Source: Nitrospirota bacterium
GTDB lineage: Bacteria; Nitrospirota; JACRHJ01
Length of the DNA stretch: 64,000 nucleotides
NCBI GenBank assembly: GCA_963845245.1
Contig: CAWJRJ010000017.1
Location: 1-64,000, forward strand
Direction: 5' to 3'
Shown here: piece after piece, positions 1-7,725 of the stretch
Numbering within the stretch: the first letter of the stretch is position 1
How the letters are laid out: every line of letters starts with the position of its first letter
Notes under the pieces: model-generated
Databases searched by the model: none
Told to the model about the DNA's origin: nothing
What the model saw: the letters and a program-made list of their open reading frames with translations, nothing else
Position numbers and translations under genes: made by a program

Positions 1-53
1 CCACCAGATTGCTAATACGTATTGTGGTTGTAACCGGGGCAGAGCCCCGTGGA

Positions 54-359
54 TCAGGATTTCGGAGGGTCGTCTATTTCTCCAGGTTCGACCGAAGCGA
101 CGGCCTCGCCCGGGGTTGGAGGAAAACCTGTTTTTCCTATCATGCAAATTTGAGGCACGGAAGGTATGGCGGCGACAAAGTTTGCCCCGTCCAAAATTAC
201 GGAATGACCGCTGTGACCACAGACATCAAGAGAAAGCAGGACTTTCTCCTTGGTGCCGGAACAGTTCTTGGTGGAGACACAAACTGAACTCAGCAACATC
301 GCCTGTACAAAGAAAAAAGATATGCCAAGGCATATTATTTTTATCTGGAGGGCCTTCAC
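54..359 (-). CDS. Small protein with N-terminal hydrophobic segment; candidate metal-responsive leader peptide (DUF2946/CruR-like architecture), paralog 1
   Basis: 101 aa; GGAGA RBS upstream; hydrophobic N-terminus, LDVCGH motif, C-terminal PTPGEAVASVEPGEIDDPPKS; homologous to 12943..13254. Confidence 0.6.
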   Translation of the reverse strand: MKALQIKIICLGISFFFVQAMLLSSVCVSTKNCSGTKEKVLLSLDVCGHSGHSVILDGANFVAAIPSVPQICMIGKTGFPPTPGEAVASVEPGEIDDPPKS

Positions 360-616
360 ATCTCCTCCAGTAGTACGCCATGCGTCATGTAGTACCTCTT
401 TAGCGCGATTGCGGCAAGGGCGCTGTCGTCGGGTCGCAAATAACTAGATTAATGACTTTATTAGAATATACGGACAGACAAAAGTCAATATAAATTAATG
501 GTTTTTGACCGTTCATATCCTCAAACTGCTTGAACCTCCGCATCTCGACCATGCTATTTTTGTATTTATAATATCATTTGATGCGTTAATTTTATTCTTG
601 ACTTTTAGATGTTCTG

Positions 617-643
617 TGAATACTATTCATATATTCGTATGCC
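617..643. promoter_or_regulatory. Putative NikR operator (autoregulation)
   Basis: TGAATAC-N13-GTATGCC imperfect palindrome 32 bp upstream of nikR; resembles my recollection of the 7-13-7 Geobacter NikR sites. Confidence 0.55.
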
Positions 644-675
644 TAACGAGACTACTAATAAGGAAAACATGCACA

Positions 676-1092
676 ATGAGTGATCTTGCGAGAGTAGCCA
701 TATCAGTAGACAAACGGTTGATGGACAGGTTCGACAAGGTTGTTGATGAGAAGGGTTACGCTAACCGTTCTGAAGCCATCAGAGATTTAATCCGAGACAG
801 CCTTGTTGAGCAAGAGTGGGAGTCCGACACAGAAGTTGTGGGGACTATCACACTGGTCTACAACCATCACACCAGAGAGCTGTCGGACAATCTGAACGAC
901 CTGCAACACCACTTTTTTCATTCCATTGTATCAAACCTGCACGTTCACTTGGATGAACACAACTGCCTTGAAGTGATGGTAGTGCGTGGGAAGAGTTCAG
1001 ATGTAAGGCAGATTGCAGACAAGATGATAGGCACCAAGGGTGTCATGCACGGGAAGATGACGATGGCCACAACCGGCAAAGGCTTGCACTGA
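676..1092 (+). CDS. nikR: Nickel-responsive transcriptional regulator NikR
   Basis: RHH N-terminus (RVAISVD...[11 protein letters not shown]) and metal-binding domain ([19 protein letters not shown]); ATG at 676 after AAGGA. Confidence 0.95.
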   Translation: MSDLARVAISVDKRLMDRFDKVVDEKGYANRSEAIRDLIRDSLVEQEWESDTEVVGTITLVYNHHTRELSDNLNDLQHHFFHSIVSNLHVHLDEHNCLEVMVVRGKSSDVRQIADKMIGTKGVMHGKMTMATTGKGLH

Positions 1093-1508
1093 TGGACAAG
1101 ATTGTAGTAGTGGTTGACGGTCAGGGTGGTGGTTTGGGGGGCCGCATAGTCGAAAGGCTAAAACTTGCCCTGCCAGATGGAACAAAGATCGTAGCTCTTG
1201 GCACAAACGCCCTTGCCACCGCCCAAATGATGAAGGCAGGCGCAGACAGGGGGGCATCTGGCGAGAATGCCATAGCCCACACAATAACCTCGGCGTCCGT
1301 AATATTGGGTTCTTTGTCAATAGTTATGCCAAACTCCATGTTGGGCGAGCTTACAACAAAGATGGCCGAAGCCATCCTTGGCTCACCCGCTGCCAAGCTG
1401 TTGTTGCCGGTAAACAACGAGGGCATACGCATCATTGGGATTTGCAAGGACTCGTTATCAACCCTGCTTGACGACCTCTGCAAGGAAGCTGTAAAGGTAG
1501 TAAACTGA
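1092..1508 (+). CDS. DUF3842 family protein
   Basis: VVDGQGGGLG, ALGTNALAT, GASGENAI, NSMLGELT motifs. Confidence 0.85.
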   Translation: MDKIVVVVDGQGGGLGGRIVERLKLALPDGTKIVALGTNALATAQMMKAGADRGASGENAIAHTITSASVILGSLSIVMPNSMLGELTTKMAEAILGSPAAKLLLPVNNEGIRIIGICKDSLSTLLDDLCKEAVKVVN

Positions 1509-1510
1509 CA

Positions 1511-1630
1511 AAGGCCACGAAGGTCTTTGGCGGGGTATAAGCAGTAATATACGAATTATGTTATTCAATGAAGGCCACGAAGGTCTTACACGTTGTTATT
1601 CGCGTTGTAGGATTTTTTGTGGCCTTTTTT
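1511..1630 (+). promoter_or_regulatory. Twin-hairpin attenuator overlapping an intrinsic terminator
   Basis: Exact 17-nt repeats AAGGCCACGAAGGTCTT at 1511-1527 and 1571-1587; the second copy pairs with 1606-1626 and is followed by a T-run. Confidence 0.65.
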
Positions 1631-1652
1631 GTCGTGTGGATCAGGAGGCGAA

Positions 1653-2366
1653 ATGCAGCAGACCATATGTAATAGGACGGCTTCCGTAGGGTTTTGGGAT
1701 GGGTATGCGAAGTGGTACAAGCTGTGGATGGAGCACACGAATTACCACGAAAAAATCGTTGACGCGCTTATGGCAACGGCATGGCCGGGGCTGAAAGTCC
1801 TTGATATCGGGGCAGGCAATGGAGTGCTTTCACTTCCTTTATGCGCGATAGGCTGCGACGTTACAGCGCTCGAACCTTCAACCGCCATGAGGAGCCTTCT
1901 TTATGAAGAGGCCTTCAGAAGGGGGGTTGATTGGCTAAAGGTGGACGAGCGGGCATGGGAGGAAGTACAGGAAGACCAGTACAGGGAGTACGACCTTATT
2001 ATTGCATGCAACAGCCTGCATTTAAGCCCGATGGGGTTTAAAGGCGCACTTGAGAAGGTTTTTAAACTAAGACCGAAAAATGTATTTATAGTTTCCGAGC
2101 TTGGCTCCCCTGAAATAAAGATGAGTTTAAAGCGCGGCGGTTATACGTGGGTGTTTGTCGCGGAACACGAAGTTGACAGCTCCCACGCTTATCACAACCT
2201 TGGCGATGTGGTTTCGCATTGGTCTTATAACAAAGGGCGTACTCTTTACGCAAGCGAAAAGATGGAACTGAGAACCAAACTTACAAGGGAGGAGGGGCTT
2301 TACTGGATAAAGGACAAGGCAGTATTAGGTATGTACTGGTTCAAGAGGACTAGTGCTGATTGCTGA
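1653..2366 (+). CDS. Class I SAM-dependent methyltransferase
   Basis: VLDIGAGNG motif I, TALEPS motif II; AGGAGG RBS before ATG 1653. Confidence 0.85.
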   Translation: MQQTICNRTASVGFWDGYAKWYKLWMEHTNYHEKIVDALMATAWPGLKVLDIGAGNGVLSLPLCAIGCDVTALEPSTAMRSLLYEEAFRRGVDWLKVDERAWEEVQEDQYREYDLIIACNSLHLSPMGFKGALEKVFKLRPKNVFIVSELGSPEIKMSLKRGGYTWVFVAEHEVDSSHAYHNLGDVVSHWSYNKGRTLYASEKMELRTKLTREEGLYWIKDKAVLGMYWFKRTSADC

Positions 2367-2408
2367 AAGTAATATTTAGTATTATGGTGTTTACGACAAG
2401 GAGGGAAC

Positions 2409-3356
2409 GTGAGGAGGATTATAATTTTAGCGTCTATTATTGCCCTAATTACTTGTTCATATGACCATGTTTTTGCCGCTGAACAACAGGACATTAAGAC
2501 GGAGGCGCTGGTTGTTCAACAGGGCGGGACTTCTGATGTAGGCGAGCAGGATACTTTTACCTGCCCAAACTGCGGTAAGAGCTTTACAGTCGGGAAGCAC
2601 GGCCAGGAAGGGCAGACAATGAAATGTCCCTACTGCGGCAAAGAGGTATGCACCAAGGAAAATGCGGAAAAAGGCGTCTGCTTCGGGGAGGACATGGTGT
2701 TTATTAGCAAGTACGTCTCGCGTGGTGTCACAAATACGGACGGCCCGGTTTTTGAGCCGAACGTCTGGGCGTCGTACAAGGGTTTTACCGCCAGCGCATG
2801 GGGCAACATGGACATCACCAACCGCAACCGTCAAAGCGGCGACATAAACGAGTTTGACCTCACGCTGGACTATTCGAACAACTTGGGCAAGATATTTTAT
2901 TCCGGCGGGGTCATATATGAAACCTACCTTAATACCGACGACGACGATGTAGTCGAGGTTTATGCCGGGCTGGGCTACGATATCTTCTTTAATCCGAAGA
3001 TGGTAGTTTATTATGATTTCCCGCATGTAGATGGTTTTTACGCCTGCCTTGCAGTGTCCCACAGCTTCGAGTTGCCTGAGGTGGTTAAGAGTATAAAGTC
3101 GTCCATCGACCTCTCGGCCCAGGCCGGTTATGGCACAAGGAATTTCAACGAGTCGAACTTTGACCTGGAACACGCACGCGCCGGTTTTACTGACATTGTC
3201 ATGACCGCCGGCCTCCCGATTGCGATATCGGAGCATTTCACGGTCAAGCCCACAGTAAGCTATTCTTCGGTCCTGGACAAGAGGTTCAGGAGGGCAGGGG
3301 CAAGCCCTAACAACGACAACATAATCTGGGGAGGGGTGGTATCAGCAAGCTTTTAG
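2409..3356 (+). CDS. TorF/TIGR02001-like outer-membrane beta-barrel with N-terminal zinc-ribbon-like segment
   Basis: Signal peptide; CPNCG...CPYCG; SKYVSRG, EFDLTLDY, EVYAGLGY strands; C-terminal Phe. Confidence 0.75.
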   Translation: MRRIIILASIIALITCSYDHVFAAEQQDIKTEALVVQQGGTSDVGEQDTFTCPNCGKSFTVGKHGQEGQTMKCPYCGKEVCTKENAEKGVCFGEDMVFISKYVSRGVTNTDGPVFEPNVWASYKGFTASAWGNMDITNRNRQSGDINEFDLTLDYSNNLGKIFYSGGVIYETYLNTDDDDVVEVYAGLGYDIFFNPKMVVYYDFPHVDGFYACLAVSHSFELPEVVKSIKSSIDLSAQAGYGTRNFNESNFDLEHARAGFTDIVMTAGLPIAISEHFTVKPTVSYSSVLDKRFRRAGASPNNDNIIWGGVVSASF

Positions 3357-3398
3357 TGATGTAATAGAAGTAGTGTTTAAATTTAACAGGAGGATGTC

Positions 3399-4079
3399 AT
3401 GCATATACCGGACGGATATTTGGGACCTCAGACATACCTGCCGCTTTTTGGAGTATCGGCAGCGTTTATAGGGGCAGGCCTGAAAAAAATGAAAAAGGAA
3501 CTTTCCATAAAGCAGGTGCCATACCTTTCTATGGCGGCTGCCTTCTCGTTTCTTATAATGATGTTCAACGTCCCGATACCGGGAGGGACTACCGGCCATG
3601 CCGTCGGCGGGGCGCTGATAGCTATACTTTTAGGTCCATGGACGGCGGTTGTAGCCGTGTCCGTCGTTCTGATAATCCAGGCCTTTGTATTTGGTGACGG
3701 GGGTATAACAGCAATAGGGGCAAACTGCTTTAACATGGCAATCGTCCTGCCGTTTGCGTCTTACTGGATATTTAAACTCGTCAATGGAAACTCAAAGGAT
3801 GGCAGAAGGCTATATATATCGGCGTTTCTTTCAGGATACTTGGGCCTTGTCATTGCAGCGGTATTTGCCGGTGTGGAGTTCGGCATACAGCCTCTAATTG
3901 CACACGCTGCTGACGGTACCCCCCTTTATGCGCCTTACCCAATATCCATAGCGTTGCCCGCTATGGTTGGAGAGCACCTGCTGGTCTTTGGGATAGTAGA
4001 AGGGCTGGTCACGGCCATGCTCGTCAAATACTTCCTGAAGCACGAATCGGGAATTGTATTCGCAATGAAGGAGGCGTAA
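3399..4079 (+). CDS. nikM: ECF nickel transporter S component NikM
   Basis: N-terminal MHIPDGYL, PGGTTGHAVG, GDGGITAIGAN; in the nikR locus. Confidence 0.85.
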   Translation: MHIPDGYLGPQTYLPLFGVSAAFIGAGLKKMKKELSIKQVPYLSMAAAFSFLIMMFNVPIPGGTTGHAVGGALIAILLGPWTAVVAVSVVLIIQAFVFGDGGITAIGANCFNMAIVLPFASYWIFKLVNGNSKDGRRLYISAFLSGYLGLVIAAVFAGVEFGIQPLIAHAADGTPLYAPYPISIALPAMVGEHLLVFGIVEGLVTAMLVKYFLKHESGIVFAMKEA

Positions 4080-4080
4080 G

Positions 4081-4422
4081 ATGACAAAATTTCAGAAAAA
4101 GCTGTGGATAGGTCTTGGCATAATGGCGCTCCTGTCGCCGATAGGCATAATCATCCCAGAAAAAATGAAATCTGGCGACGCCTGGGGAGAATGGGGGCCT
4201 GAGAAAATAAAAGAGATGCTCGGTTATGTGCCAAAGGGTCTAGAAAAATTAAGTGGGCTCTGGAATGCGCCGCTTCCGGATTACGGCTTTGGAGAAGGAG
4301 CCTCTCTGACCATGCAGTACATCGCATATATAGCATCCGGGCTAATTGGCATAGCGCTGGCCGGACTTATTGTGTTCTTGCTTTCAAAGATATTGCTGAA
4401 ACACCTGAAAGATGAGAAATAA
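4081..4422 (+). CDS. nikN: NikN-like (PDGLE-type) ECF accessory membrane protein
   Basis: AWGEWG...APLPDYGF motif with two TM segments, directly after nikM. Confidence 0.75.
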   Translation: MTKFQKKLWIGLGIMALLSPIGIIIPEKMKSGDAWGEWGPEKIKEMLGYVPKGLEKLSGLWNAPLPDYGFGEGASLTMQYIAYIASGLIGIALAGLIVFLLSKILLKHLKDEK

Positions 4423-4463
4423 AAGCCGTCGGTACGATTTGGTGCAGGAACATAATTTTTAAC

Positions 4464-4492
4464 TTGACATTGAAGCGATGTTGGATTAATTT
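4464..4492 (+). promoter_or_regulatory. sigma70 promoter for the riboswitch-cbi transcript
   Basis: TTGACA-N17-TAATTT just upstream of riboswitch 1. Confidence 0.55.
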
Positions 4493-4496
4493 GTAA

Positions 4497-4662
4497 AAAG
4501 TTTTGGTGCCCTTAACCGGGCTTAATAGGGAATCCTGTTAAAATCAGGAGCGGATCCGCCGCTGTAACCGGTGACGAAACCCAATTGGATGCCACTGCCC
4601 TGCATGATAGGGTGGGAAGGCGTGGGGAGTAGGAAGACCCGGAAGCCAGAAGACCTACCAAG
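4497..4662 (+). ncRNA. Cobalamin riboswitch 1
   Basis: GGTGCC...AATAGGGAA...CCGCCGCTGTAA...GCCACTG...GGGAAGGCG...AGCCAGAAGACCTACCA. Confidence 0.92.
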
Positions 4663-4735
4663 ATATATCCCTAATTCAGTCTCCGACGATAAAGGAGTTT
4701 AGGGCGTACAATCAGGGTGGATTATAAAAACGGAT

Positions 4736-4772
4736 AATCCCCCACGGCCTTTGCGCTGTGGGGGATTTTTTT
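4736..4772 (+). terminator. Intrinsic terminator (riboswitch 1 expression platform)
   Basis: AATCCCCCACGGC / GCTGTGGGGGATT stem followed by a T-run. Confidence 0.8.
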
Positions 4773-4814
4773 GTTTTCATCAATACGGAGGGAAGGAGAG
4801 TTTTCATTCGGCAA

Positions 4815-4977
4815 TAAGCCAACAGCGATAATCCTATGGGAAAGGGAAGCGGAGTTAAAATCTCCCGCCGCCCCGCGACTGTATTCGTGACGAAAGCCGC
4901 ATAAGTAGCCACTGGCAGATAGATGCTGGGAAGGCGCGGTGAGTAGGGTGAACGAAAGCCAGGAGACCTGCACCGGA
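4815..4977 (+). ncRNA. Cobalamin riboswitch 2 (5' end atypical)
   Basis: AAAGGGAAGCGG...GCCCCGCGACTGT...GCCACTG...GGGAAGGCG...AGCCAGGAGACCTGC. Confidence 0.82.
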
Positions 4978-5034
4978 GGAAGAAATATCAACCTTACTAT
5001 CGTCCCCGAGGGAGGGATGAAAGGACTCAAACTC

Positions 5035-5871
5035 ATGAAAAAACTTTTCACCGCCGTTTTTATGGTATCTGTTTTTATTGTACCATCATATGCGCAAGAT
5101 AACACTCAAGCCGAACCGCAAGAATACGCCTCGATGCAGGAGGTGTCAGCGACGGGACATCAAAACGTAGCGGAAAAGGGGCTGACAGAGGAGTGTAGTG
5201 GTATCTGCTTTGGGGCGGACATGGCCTTTCTAAACAAGTACGTCTCAAGGGGCATGACGACAAACAACGACCCAGTGTTTGAGCCGAACCCGTGGGTTTC
5301 GTACAAGGGTTTTACGGCCAGCGCGTGGGGCAACATGGACCTTACAAACTACAACGGTATGTCCGGAAACTTAAATGAGATGGACTACACGCTTGACTAC
5401 TCCAACAACCTTGACAAGCTTAGCTATTCGGCAGGATTAGTCTATTATACCTTCCCGCATACAGGGGCTAAAGATACTTCAGAGGCATACATAGGCGTTG
5501 GTTATAGCATATTACTCAAACCCAAACTGGTTGTTTATTACGACTTCTTGCAGGTGGACGGGTTTTACGGCAACTTTGCAATCAGCCACAGTTTTGATGT
5601 TCCGGAATTCTCAAAAGTAGTCAAGACCTCCCTCGACCTGTGCGCCCAGGTGGGGATGGGTTCGAAAAACTTCAACAGCTTCAATTTCGGGTGCGACCAT
5701 ACAGCCTTTACCGACATGGTTTTCACCGCAAGCCTGCCGGTGGTCGTTTCAGACCACTTCTCCATAAAACCGACCGTCAGCTATTCCACCGTGCTGGACA
5801 GGACAATCAGGACAAAGAACTTTAAAAACGACAACGTAATATGGGGCGTGGTGGCGTCGGCAAATTTTTAA
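5035..5871 (+). CDS. TorF/TIGR02001-like outer-membrane beta-barrel, paralog 2
   Basis: Signal peptide MKKLFTAVF; strong similarity to 2409..3356 (KYVSRG, SYKGFTASAWGNMD, KPTVSYS); C-terminal Phe; start could be 5017. Confidence 0.75.
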   Translation: MKKLFTAVFMVSVFIVPSYAQDNTQAEPQEYASMQEVSATGHQNVAEKGLTEECSGICFGADMAFLNKYVSRGMTTNNDPVFEPNPWVSYKGFTASAWGNMDLTNYNGMSGNLNEMDYTLDYSNNLDKLSYSAGLVYYTFPHTGAKDTSEAYIGVGYSILLKPKLVVYYDFLQVDGFYGNFAISHSFDVPEFSKVVKTSLDLCAQVGMGSKNFNSFNFGCDHTAFTDMVFTASLPVVVSDHFSIKPTVSYSTVLDRTIRTKNFKNDNVIWGVVASANF

Positions 5872-5940
5872 CAATACTGCGAGCATAAATGCTGTGGGGG
5901 GATTTTTTTGTTTCAGCAACATTCTTAATGGAGGTGTGAA

Positions 5941-6690
5941 GTGAGTGGAAAACGCTTTGTTGTAATTAGTACAGCCTTTTTGCTTTTTGCAGTACCTGCT
6001 AATGCACATGCTATGCATATAAGCGAGGGTATACTGCCATTCAACTGGGCGGCGTTATGGTTTGCCGTTGCCATACCCTTTGTCGGGCTTGGGCTTTATA
6101 AACTGAAAAAGGATAAAACCGTAGGGAAGATAAAACCGCTACTTGGTATGATGGCGGCTGCCGTGTTTATAATCTCATGCATGCCTATCCCTGTGCCGAC
6201 GGCGGGCACCTGCTCGCACCCGGCAGGGACTGCTATGGCGGCGATACTCATAGGGCCTCTATACAGCATCGTCGCCACTGCTGTCGCCCTGTTGCTTCAG
6301 GCGCTATTCCTCGCCCATGGCGGTATAACCACTTGGGGTGCCAACATCACTTCCATGGGTATAGTCGGTTCCTTTGCCGGGTACGCAGTATTCAAGGGTC
6401 TGACGAAGCTCAATGTGTCATTGGTCGTAGCGGCTTTCTTTGCCGGGGTCATAGGGGATTGGGCCACTTACACGACAACGTCTTTTGAACTTGCCTCCGC
6501 CCTGCACGTGCCGGGGGAGTTTGCACGTCTTTTCTATACCATACTGCTTGCCTTTGTGCCTACCCAGCTTCCGCTTGGCATCCTTGAGGGATTCATGACG
6601 GCGGGGGCCGTAAAGTTCCTGTACAGCCGGAAACCCGAGCTTTTTGGTGTAAGAGTATTAACGCCAGCGGTAAGTGAGGTGGGAGCATGA
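5941..6690 (+). CDS. cbiM: ECF cobalt transporter S component CbiM
   Basis: Signal peptide ending AHA, then MHISEGILP; GTCSHPAG; LFLAHGGITTWGAN. Confidence 0.92.
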   Translation: MSGKRFVVISTAFLLFAVPANAHAMHISEGILPFNWAALWFAVAIPFVGLGLYKLKKDKTVGKIKPLLGMMAAAVFIISCMPIPVPTAGTCSHPAGTAMAAILIGPLYSIVATAVALLLQALFLAHGGITTWGANITSMGIVGSFAGYAVFKGLTKLNVSLVVAAFFAGVIGDWATYTTTSFELASALHVPGEFARLFYTILLAFVPTQLPLGILEGFMTAGAVKFLYSRKPELFGVRVLTPAVSEVGA

Positions 6691-6971
6691 AAAAGATAGT
6701 ACTCATTCTTGTATGTTCGCTGATGTTATTCCTTTCGGTTGCGTTGGCTTATGCCGCCGAAGAAAAGTGGCCTGGAGTGGACGGCACGGTGGTGGAAAAA
6801 TATGCCATGGAGCATGGCCGCCCCCCCAAAACACACCTTATAGAGCCGGAGGGTGATGCGCTGCTGTTCGCATTTCTGATTGCGGGTGTTGTTGGAGGTT
6901 TCACCATAGGCTATTACTACCGGGATTTCATGGCAAAAAAGGGCGTCGAAGGGGAAATAAATGCGGGTTGA
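6687..6971 (+). CDS. cbiN: CbiN-like cobalt transport component
   Basis: WPGVD..VVEKYA motif, two TM segments, between cbiM and cbiQ. Confidence 0.7.
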   Translation: MKKIVLILVCSLMLFLSVALAYAAEEKWPGVDGTVVEKYAMEHGRPPKTHLIEPEGDALLFAFLIAGVVGGFTIGYYYRDFMAKKGVEGEINAG

Positions 6972-7725
6972 GACGTTCTCTGAATCCTACGTTAATAAGG
7001 ACGGATTTATCCGAAGCATTGATTCCAGGGCCAAAATACTCTTTGTAGCGGCCTGCCTGCTGCTCGCAGTGGTTTCTTCAAACCCAGTTGTGCCTGTTAC
7101 CGTGGGGGCTGTCTGTCTTGCCCTGATTGCGGTTTCAGGTGTACCTCTTTGGGCGGTGGCACTTAGGATGTCTGAGCCGCTCATATTTGCCGCCATCCTT
7201 GCCGTCATCCAAGCGTTTCTCGCTCATGGTGATGCGTTGTACAGCTTCGGTATTTTCGGCATAACCTTTTCAATCAGCGCTGAGGGCCTTCATAAAGGCA
7301 CCCGCATAATGTCGAGAGTATTCGGAGCCGTAACATCGGTGCTTTTTCTTACCATGACCACATCGGTGCACAGGCTTCTTTCCGCTGCTGCAAGGCTCAG
7401 GGCACCAAAGGCGCTCGTCGAAATTTCGCTCTTCGCTTACCGATATGTGTTCGTCCTGATAGAAGACGCGATCACAATATACCATGCACAGAAAGGGCGG
7501 CTGGGTTACTCCAGTTTTACTCTTGGCATAAGGTCGCTGGCGACTCTTGCTGGCTCAGTGTTTCTCCGCGCGTTCAGCCAAGCCGAGACGACTGGCGAGG
7601 CAATGGCCATGCGGGGATACACCGGCGAGTATGTGCCGTCCTTTCATGAGAAATTCCGAAAAACAGACGCTATGTTACTGGTCGGGCTTTTCTCATTCTG
7701 TCTTATGGTGAACATATGGACGTAA
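6961..7725 (+). CDS. cbiQ: ECF T component CbiQ
   Basis: IDSRAK, YRYVFVL, AQKGRLGY, AMAMRGY. Confidence 0.9.
   Translation: MRVETFSESYVNKDGFIRSIDSRAKILFVAACLLLAVVSSNPVVPVTVGAVCLALIAVSGVPLWAVALRMSEPLIFAAILAVIQAFLAHGDALYSFGIFGITFSISAEGLHKGTRIMSRVFGAVTSVLFLTMTTSVHRLLSAAARLRAPKALVEISLFAYRYVFVLIEDAITIYHAQKGRLGYSSFTLGIRSLATLAGSVFLRAFSQAETTGEAMAMRGYTGEYVPSFHEKFRKTDAMLLVGLFSFCLMVNIWT

Noticed and set aside
505..675. 57-aa N-terminal extension of NikR in the ORF track
   Set aside because: AT-rich promoter/operator DNA; the RBS and the start of homology point to ATG 676.
1511..1587. Direct repeats as a mini-CRISPR or NiCo riboswitch
   Set aside because: Only two 17-nt copies, no cas genes, and no recognisable NiCo four-way junction.
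2369..3390. GTAATA half-sites upstream of the porin and nikM (also at 1544) as NikR boxes
   Set aside because: Second half-sites and spacing are inconsistent; too weak to call.
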